Virus record (IMG/VR): IMGVR_UViG_3300033121_001593 | Span: 64,001-128,000 of that record | Reading direction: 5' to 3' (one strand) | DNA length: 64,000 nt | From: a virus | Taxonomy: Duplodnaviria; Caudoviricetes | Shown here: positions 1 through 9,600 of the stretch, one piece after another | How positions within the stretch are numbered: position 1 is the stretch's first letter | Layout: each line of letters opens with the position of its first letter | Position numbers and translations under genes: made by a program | Notes under the pieces: generated by a model | The model's database searches: none | What the model was told of the DNA's origin: nothing | Seen by the model: the letters and a program-made list of their open reading frames with translations, nothing else

Positions 1-135
1 GCTGCCGTAATCCCCGATATGAATAAACGTCATATCGGACGCGTTGTCTGCTGCGGCCCAAAAAGCGACGGTCACGGGTTGAGAGCCGATCCCGCTGTTT
101 GTGCAGGAGTAATAATCTCCGGCAAGGTTTATCAT
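1..135 (-). CDS. Partial tail-associated protein, possibly LamG/concanavalin-like (runs off the window)
   Basis: ATG at 135 after a GGGGAG RBS. Frame is open to the window edge: MINLAGDYYSCTNSGIGSQPVTVAFWAAADN. 'TVAFW' resembles a LamG strand. Lies downstream of the TMP. Confidence 0.5.
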   Translation of the reverse strand, partial: MINLAGDYYSCTNSGIGSQPVTVAFWAAADNASDMTFIHIGDYGS

Positions 136-136
136 G

Positions 137-658
137 CTACTCCCCTGCCGACTTTTCCCGAACGTAGATGCGGGCCAGGAGCATGTCACCGGAAGCCGTG
201 TCACCCGCATGGTCATGCTTGCGCCGGAAGCGGATCATTGCCTCGCCCTTGGCAGGAACGAGATCAGCCTGAGCGCCGGTAAAGATGATCGTCCCTGTCG
301 CCTTACGAGCCAGGGAAGACGGCACGGTGACGGTCACGCCCTGATACGAGTAGGTATGAGACGCAGCGAACGACTCGCCGGGGTCCAGATAGCGCACGGC
401 GGCTTCAAGCCTAACAGAATTCGTGGTGGCTGAGACCATTGCGAACTCTACCTCGAAGGCCATCCCGCCGCCGCCGTAGTGGCCGGGGATCGTCACCCGC
501 CAATCAATGTACTCGGTCGAGGACGCGTCGAAGGCATAGAAAAACAGGTTTTCCTGCGGGCTTGACGACGCGTAGGCCACGTAGACTCCGGCTGCGCTTG
601 AAGCCGGCATAATCCCAAAGGGAGCACGTAGATCGAGAAGGGCGTCACCTGCTGCCAT
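137..658 (-). CDS. Hypothetical virion/tail protein
   Basis: 173-aa beta-rich ORF immediately downstream of the TMP, with a GGAG RBS. Confidence 0.6.
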   Translation of the reverse strand: MAAGDALLDLRAPFGIMPASSAAGVYVAYASSSPQENLFFYAFDASSTEYIDWRVTIPGHYGGGGMAFEVEFAMVSATTNSVRLEAAVRYLDPGESFAASHTYSYQGVTVTVPSSLARKATGTIIFTGAQADLVPAKGEAMIRFRRKHDHAGDTASGDMLLARIYVREKSAGE

Positions 659-660
659 AC

Positions 661-3600
661 TTAGACTCCTTGCTTCAGTTGGCGACCTAGCTCACGGGCC
701 AGCTCGCGCATTTCGTAATCCGTCATCTTGGGCAGGGCGTCACCGCCTTCGACCCGAATGACGACTTCATGCTCAATCGTGTTGTTCTGAGCGAACGTCG
801 GGCTGGTAGACGACAGGTTAGGCCACAAGACCGAAGGCCGGTCGCCCAGCGACGTGTACTCAGCGGCCACAGCGTCTGCGACCTCACGGGCGGCCGATAC
901 TGCATTGTCCTTACCGGCCAACAGGCCCAGCGCCAGGCCATCCGACGTGAACCATCCGGCCTCCATGGCCAGCCGGGACGGGGAGCCGATCTGCAGCGAG
1001 CCTTCCAGGCCGTTGATGATCGCCTGCCCTATGTCCCAGGCGACTTGGTAGATATAGTCCTCTTGGTCGAGCATACCCGCACCGATAGAGAGGACCACGT
1101 TGGAGCCATCCTCGAAGAACAGCCGGCCGTCGAGCGCCGCGGCGTGGTACGAGAACCAACCGTGTACATTATCCACGACTTGCTGGCGCAGGTCAATCGA
1201 GGGCTGCACAAGGGAGACCGAGCCAAGCCCGGCGGCGATGGCGGTCGGGACCAGAACCGCCGCATCGTAGAACAGGTGCCCAACAGAGGCAGCGCCGTTG
1301 GTCGCCAGCCAGCCGGCCAGGTTGACCGATAGCTCGGTTTGTACCGCCAGGATCGCCGTATGCAGCGGGGTCGTCACCGAGGCCAGGCCCGTATTGAACG
1401 TGGTGAAGACCTGCATGATGGCGGCGACGAAAGCCTCAATCTCAGCGGTCGAAGGCATCCCTGACGTACCCAGATCGGTGAACAGGCCCAGGGCGTCCGA
1501 CAGGATACCGATCACGGTTTCGAGCGCCGTGAAGAAGGCATTGGCGGTGGGCGTCCAAGACGTGAGCGACAGGGTTGCGACCTCGGTGCCGAAGCGGGTC
1601 ATGGTCTGAACGATGGCCTGGAACAGGTAGCCGATCACCTGCATGGCCGCGCCCGTATTGGTCCCCGTCCCAGCGCCCGCGTTCGCCAGCCAGTCGATGG
1701 TCCGGTCATCCAGCGAGGCCAGGCCCTCGAACAGGTCAAGGGCGTCCGAGAGGCCACCCGCGGTGGCAGAGATAGCCGCCTCGAAACGCTGCAAGGCGAT
1801 GACCCGCGCGGGATCGAGATGCTGGGTAGCATAGGTCCCGACAAGATCGATCAGGAATTCCACGTTGCCAAGAAACGTGTTGATGGTCGTCTCGGAGACC
1901 GGGATATAGCCGGCCAGGTTAGAGAAGAATTCAAGCGCCGTTTGCAGGCCGCCCGTCACCGCTTCCACCGCATCGCCAAAGGCGGCCACGGGTGCGAAGG
2001 CTGCGGCCGCGCCTGCATCCATCGGGAAGGCTGCGATGATCCGCAATCGCAGGTCATCCATGAACGTGAGCACCCAGCCGATGAAGTCCGACCAAAGCTC
2101 AGGGTCGGGGGGCGTCCAGACGAAGTTCGTAATCAGGTCGATGGTCGCCATGAGGCCGCCCATGATCGACTCTAACGCCGAACCGAACGACTCCTCAGGG
2201 TCGAAGTTCAGGGCGGTGGTCGGGTCGGTGACGAGCGACTCCACGTAATCGTACACGGTCTGGAAGGCCGCTATCACCCAAGCGATAAAGGCATCCCATT
2301 GACCGGGGTCGGGGGGCGTGAACGAGAAGCCCGTGATTAGCTCCATTGAAGCCAGCAGCCCGCCCATGATCGACTCCAAGGCGGAGCCGAACGACTCAAC
2401 CGGGTCGAACTCGATGATCGAGGCGGGATCGAGCCAGAGCGTTTGAACAAGGGCGTAGAACGTTTGGAACGCGCCCCAGACCCAGGTCACGAAGGCCGAC
2501 CACTGGTCGGCGGGCGGAGCCGTAAAGACGAAGCCGCGCGCAAGCTCAAGGCCGGCAGAGAGGCCGCCCATGATCGACTCTAGCGCGCTTCCGAACGCTT
2601 CCACCGGCACGAAGTCAATGATCCGGGTCGGGTCACTCCAAAGCGTTTGAACGAGGGTAAAGAAGGTCTGGAAGATACCCCATACCCAGGTGACGAAGGC
2701 CGCCCACAATTCGGGATCGGGCAGCACGAACTCGAAGTTACGGGCAAGCTCAAGGGCAGATGAGAGCGCGCCCAGGATAGACGACAGGGCCTCGGCAAAG
2801 GCCACAACCGGGTCGAAGCCAATGATCCGGTCGGGGTCATTCCAAAGCTCTTGAACCTTGGCCCAGAAGAATTGGAAGATACCCCATACCCAATTTTCAA
2901 AGTTCAGGAATACCTCAGCGTCAGGCAGAACGAACTCGAAGTTACGAGCCAGGTCCACCGCCGCCGACAGGGCATTCATGATGCTTTCCAAAGCACCGGC
3001 GAACTGAAGAACAGGATCGAAGCCCAGAGTATTCTCCGGGTCGTTCATCAGTTCCTGAACCTTGTCGTAGAAAAATTGGAAGATGCCCCATACCCAGGCG
3101 ACGAACCGGTCCCAGATACCGGCGTCGGGCATCGGGAAGTCGCCACGTTCAACGATCTCCATTGCGACCGTCAGCCCGTCGAGCAGCGCCGTCAACACTC
3201 CGGCGAAGGCTTCCACCGCGGCGAGACCATCCTGGTTCAGGGTCAGGATGATCCGGCCTAGCTGGTCTACGATGTCGATCCACTGGCGGCCAAAGCGCAC
3301 CATCTTGTCAACGAAGTCGGGCATGATCCTGAATGCCCTCATATTGTCGGCAACCTTCATTGCCGTTTCCCAAGGGGCCAGGACTTCAGACAACAGCGCG
3401 CCGACCTTGGCGGCCTTCTTGAGGGTGCCCATGCCAATGTCGTCGGCCATACCTGCCAGGGCGTTGGCTAGCAGGATCATGGCAGCGGTCACGTCCTTAG
3501 CGGATTTGTCCACGCTGCGATAGATGAAACCGGCCAGCGCGCCCAGGACGGTGATGGCATCCTGCCAGGGGGTTAGAACGTCGGAGAGCAGGGCCGCGCC

Positions 3601-6600
3601 TTCCCGCGCCAGGGCGATTGTCTGCGGGCCTAGATGAAAGGCCACCTGAGCCAGCTTGAGCGCCAGGCCGCCGACTGCCAGGATGATCTTGTCAGCGATA
3701 CCGAGAATGGGCCGGGCGACATAGCCCGCCATTGCGTCGAGGGTGGTGATAGCATCCTGCCAGGGTACGAGGACGGCAGAGAAAAGCTCCGCGCCTTCTT
3801 TGGCCAGGGCGATGGCCTGCGGCCCGATGTGGAAGGCAACGTCTGCCAGCTTCAGGGCCAGGCTGCCCACACTGAAAATGATCTTGTCTGCAATCGGGCC
3901 GACCGGGCGGAAGACGTAATCGGCCATCACGTCGAGCGTTTCGACCGCGTCCTGCCACGGTTCGAGAACTGCGGCTATGAGGGCCGCCCCGTCCTTCGCC
4001 AGGGCGATAGTGTCCGGTCCAAGGGTATCGGCCATGCGCGCCAGCTTGCGCGCAAGCCCTTCAACCATGTGGACCATACGGGACGAGATCGGGCCAATCG
4101 GCCGGAAGATAAAGGCGGCCATTGCGGAGAATGTCTTGACCGCGTCTTCCCAGGGAGCCAAGACCTCAATCATGAGGGCCGCGCCGATCTTGGCGCGCGC
4201 GATCATGTCGGGGCCTAGCCCGTCTACGAGGAAGTTCAGCTTACGGGCCAGACCCTTGACGGCGTTTTTCATCCGTTCGGCTGCGGGGCCAACCGGGCGG
4301 AACACGAACTCGGCCATCGCTGAAAAGACCTTGATTGCGTCTTCCCAGGGAGCCAGGACGGAAGCCATGAGCGCAGCGCCGTCCTTGGCGAGCGCCATCA
4401 CATCGGAGCCAAGCCAGAGCGTCACCCAGCGCAGTTTAGACGCCAAGCCCTTGACCGCGTTTTTGATGCGTTCCGCGGTGGGGCCTACGGGCCTGAATAC
4501 GAATTCGGCCAGTGCGGTGAAGGTCTTGATTGCATCTTCCCAGGGAACGAGCACGGCCGCCATCAGAAGCGCGCCTTCTTTGGCGAGCGTCATGATCTCA
4601 GGACCCAGCCGGTCAACGATCCAGCGCAGCTTACTCGACAGGCCGATGACAGCGCGCTTGATCTTTTCGGCGGTCGGTCCAATAGGCCGGAATACGAACT
4701 CGGAGAGGGCCACAAAGACCTTTACCGCATCTTCCCAGGGCTTGAGCACGTCAGCCATTAAGGCCGCGCCATCTTTGGCAGCCGCCATCAGCACAGGGCC
4801 TAGACGGTCAACGATCCACGTTAGTTTGCGGGCAAGACCGAACACGGCATCGCTGATCCGTTCGGCGGTCGGACCCACGGGCCTGAACACGATTGATGCC
4901 AGAGAGACAAGGGTATCGACGGCATCCTGCCAGGGCTTGACGACCTCAGCCATGAGCGCCGCGCCCGTCCTGGCGTCCTCTACCATTTGCGGGCCTAGCT
5001 GCTGGGACAGAAAAGCCAGCTTGCGGGCCAGGCCATACACCGCGCCTTTGATCTGTTCGCCGACCGGGCCAACCGGGCGGAACACGAACGATGCCAGGGA
5101 CACAAGCGCGTCGACGGCCGCCTTCCACGGGGCAACGACGGCGGTCATGAGGGCCGCGCCGGCCTTGGCGTTCGCCACCATTTCGGGACCCAGGTCGGTG
5201 GCCAGCCCCGCCAGCTTACCGGCCAGCCCCTGCATGGCGTTTGCGATTAGCTCGGCTGCGGGGCCGATGGCGACAAAGACGAAGCGGGCCAAATCGTCAA
5301 GGGTATCAATCGCCTTAGACCAAGGCTCGACGACTTCCTTCACCAAACCCGCGCCGGCCTTGGAGAAACCAATCGCCTCCGGGCCTAGCTTCTCAGCGAT
5401 CCAGCGCATTTTTTGCGACAGGCCCAGCATGGCGTTAGCGATCTTCTCAGCCACCGGGCCAATGGGGCGGAAGGTGAAGCCGGCCAATTTATTCAGGGCG
5501 TCCACCGCGTCTATCACGGGGTCGACCACGGCGGCCACGGTCGAGGCGAATTCACCGGCTGCCGTCTTGGCCTTTGCGTCGATCTTGCCGCCCGCGACGG
5601 CGAATGACCGAACCAGATCGACCACGAAAGCGACCATGTTGTCGATGGGGGCCTTCATACTGCCGAACACGGCCACGTCGCCCATCGAATTCAGGGCCTC
5701 GACTACGCTCTTGATATTGCCTGCGATGGAGCCGGCCACGGAAGCGAGCGCCACCGCCTCCGGCCAGGCTTCGTCCTTGAGAGCCTTGGCGGCCGCAGCG
5801 AATCCGGTCACGAGCAATTTAGCCGCGCCGATCAGTAGGTCGATCACCTTCTTTGCATCGGTGAGCGTTCCCTTGAGCAGTTCGGGGTCAAACAGCGACT
5901 TGACGCCTGAGACGATAGACGAAATTTCGCTGAAGATTTCTCCAAGCGGTTCGAGGACGGCTTTGGCGGAGTCGAGACCGCTGTCCTTTTTGGCATAGAC
6001 ACCGGCCAGAACTTTGAAAGCGGCGACCACTTGCTTGATCTGAGCCGTGAAACCGCTTAGGTCCATCGCCTGAACCTTGAAGCCACCCAGGTCACCAAGG
6101 GCCTTGACGATGTTCGAGATCGTCCCCATGATCTTGTCCATCAGTTCGGTGACGGCAAGGATCGCCTCTTTATCGCCCTTCTTGATGCCCTGCAGCAGGC
6201 CCATGATGAAGTCCCAGCCAACCCCGGCCATCGCGGTCGACGGCGAGTGAATACCGGCCGCATCCTTGGCGGCCTGAACCGCGCCGGCCACGATCCCCGC
6301 GGCCGCGCCGGCGGCATCCGGGCCTTGATCCTCGACGCCGATAGAGAAGCCTTCCCCGAAGTACCCGCCTAGCTCCATCATGATCCTGGACGGGCTTTGC
6401 GCCATTGCCGCAGCCCAAGCGGCAGCGATGGCCGCCTGCACAAGGGCAATGGCTGCGGCGATTGCCGCGCCGATCTTTGACTCGATACCGTCGGCGAGGC
6501 CCTGACCGATGGCCGCGCCGACGCCGGCCATTTCGCCGGCATAGCCGCGCAGTTCACCGACCATGCCAGACATTTGCGAGTTGACCTCACTGCGCATCGA

Positions 6601-9600
6601 TGTAAGGCTTGATCGGGTCCCGCCCAGCATCGAGAGCCAGCCGGCCTGCATAGCGGAGGCCATGGCTGCCATCTGCGTGACGACGTTCAGGTACATCGTA
6701 TCGAATGACAGGGACACAGCCGGGATCAGGAGGACGGTCAGTAGATTGACCAGCCACAGGTAGAATTCACCGAACCGGGTCTGCACCGTCGTCGTCATGG
6801 CGAAGGCGTGACCCTGGACGCCAGTTGACATGGCCTGCCAGGCGGTAAGCGCCCCGGTCACGAAGGTCTGAGTAGCCGTCGTGGCGTTGGTCTGGTAGGC
6901 CAGGTCTTGAGCGGTCAGGGTTGCATAGAACGTTTGTTGCCCGGTCGTGGTCGCCGTCTGGTAGGCCAGGTCCTGCGTTTGGAGCGTCGTGTAATTCGTG
7001 GCCGCGCTGGTCTGAAGCGCGGTCAGGCCCGTGCTCACGGTCGTATTGAGCGCGTCCATCTGCGTTGTGGCGTTCAGGTTCATGGCGGCCAGCGCCGTGT
7101 CACCGGCGAACTGCACCGCCTGAAAGCCCGTGCTGGCTGCCGCGGCGGTCGCGGTCAGGGCGTCCGTGGTGATCGGGGCCAGGCCCTCGACGCCGGTCTT
7201 CCAGCCCGCCGTCATCGTTTGCCCGGCCACAACCGGAGCCGTCGCCATTTCGGTGAAGGTCGAATTCCAGCCGGAGAGCATCGTATCGAGATCGGTCTGG
7301 ATCACGGCTGACGAGCCGGATACGGTGGCCTGAAGATCATCGAATGTCTGCCGCGGCCCGGTCACTTGCCCGGCGAGGCCGTTCATCTTTGCCAGAACGC
7401 CGTCGATTAGGCTGGTGGTAGCCGTGTCCGTACCGGTCTGCGCCGCCTGCGCTGCGGTGGTCACCCCGCCAAGGGCAAGGGCCACCTCAGAGCTTGCCGC
7501 CGCCGCCGCCGGGGGTAGGTTCCCGAAGGCCGCAATCATCTGGTCGGAATAGCTCTGCGTCGTTCCGGCCGCCTGCGTCATGTAGGTGCTTGAGTAGCCG
7601 GCGAAGTCGGTGTAGCTCGTCTTGGCGGTATCTACGGAGCCGGCCACGGCGGTGAGCGACCCGCCGATATTGGCCGACGCGGTCGAGGCCGAAGTCGCCA
7701 TGTTACCCGACGCCGTAGAGAGCGCCGTTGAAGCGGACTCGGCCGACCCCTTGATTTTGTCAGCGCCGAACTCGAAGCCGCGTGAGACTTCCTCCCAGGC
7801 CGGCAGGGCGACGCCCGGTATGCGGTTGGCGATCCCGGTCACCGAGTCGTAGATAGCCCCGAACGCTCCGAGGATGATATTCCCGATCCCGTTAAAGATA
7901 CCGGCGATCCCTTCTTTGAAGGCTTCGAAGGCGGTTAGACCGGCCTTCGTCGCCCCGTCCATGTCGCCCTCAAAAATCGACTTGACCACCGAGATAAAGG
8001 AGTAGAAGATCGAGCGCAGTACGTCAAAGACGCCGGCCAGGACCTGGCCGAAGCCGCGAATGATCGTGCCGGCATTGCGGAAGATACCCGACAGGATTTC
8101 GCCAAAGGCGACCACCGTCGCCACGACCGAGCCGCCGATCACCCCCAGGATGATACCGGAGACGGTCAGTAGGGCGTCCCGCAGCCACAGCAGGCCGGGC
8201 TTCGCTACTTCGAGCGCGTCCTTCAGGCCCTCGAAGGCCCCGCTGAGAGCCTCCTTGATCGGGGCCAGGGCAGTTGAGACCGGGCCTAGCTCAAGCAGGA
8301 ATTCCTGGAAGCCGGTCTTGATGTCGCCGAAGACCTTGGCCAGTAGATCGAATACGGGTTGAAGGGCCGTGGCGATAGGCTCGATCTTAGCCTTGATCTC
8401 GTCAATCGCTCCCGTTATCGAAGCCTTGATCTCAGTGAACTTGGTGACGATCCCGGTCTTTAGCTGGTCCCAGGACGGCAACGTTGCGCCGGTCAGATCG
8501 TTGATCGTATTGACCACCGAGTCGTAGATGCCGCCGGCGACGTTATCGACCACGACCAGCAAGCCCTCAAGGCTGGCGACGCTGCCGGTCACGTAATCTT
8601 CTACGGTCTGCTTGGCGGCTGCCCATGCGCCGGCCCAGTCACCAGCGAGCAGGGCCTTGACGGTGGTCACGATCCCCATGAACGTGTTATTGAACGTCTC
8701 GACTTGACCGGTCACGAAGTCGATGACGCCGCCGATGATCTCAGGCAGTCGCTCGATGGTTTGGGCGACTAGCTCGCCGAATACCTTGGAGATAACGACG
8801 CCGACGATTGCGATCACTTGCCCGATCACCGAGGCCGGCCCGACCAGGCCCATGAGCGCCTGGCCAAGCTCGTCGAACTTGGGCTTGAGTAGGGCGATTT
8901 CGTCGCCAAAGCCTTTGGCCGCCGCGCCGATCCTGTCAAACGTCGGCTTGAAGACCGCCTCTAGTTGCGCAATCGCTCCCTCGATACCGGACATGATGGC
9001 ATCGGCCTTGGATTGCCCAAACAGGGTGACCAGGGCCTTGTTGAACCCGGTATAGAGATGCGAGGCCAGAACCGCGCCGGCCTCGTTGATCGAATTCTCC
9101 ATGCGGGCGATACCGGGCAGGATGGCGGACGCCATCAGCTTGTCTACAAAGATTTGCCCCTTACCGCCCTCCTGGAAGCCGGCCGCCAAGCCCTGCACCA
9201 GTAATACGCCGGCCCCCAGGATCGTCGGCACGCCGGTTCCAATGATCCAGCCAATGATCTGGCCTAACAGATCGGCAAGCTGCGGGATCACATTAGCGGC
9301 GAACGTGGTCACCCAGGTGATTGCGTTCTCGGCCCACTGGTAGAAGGCGTTTCTGATATCGGGTGCCCGGTCGCGTACCCAGCCGGCGATATTCTCGAAC
9401 AGCAGGCCAAAGGTCTCGGAGACGATTGCGGAGATGCCTTCGAAGGCGGCCCGGAAGCCCGACCAGTCGGAGAAGCCGGTCGAGAAAAAGTCGCTCAGGT
9501 CATCCTTCATGGCCTGCGTATTCTCGACCAGAACGTCGTTACCCTTTGATATCACGTCGCCAAGCGCGGCCACGAATGAGACGATCCCGGCCAGGACCGG

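Noticed and set aside
3977-5998. 673-aa plus-strand ORF and other long ORFs opposite the TMP and structural genes
   Set aside because: GC-rich antisense shadows of real genes; Ser/Ala/Arg-rich with no motifs.
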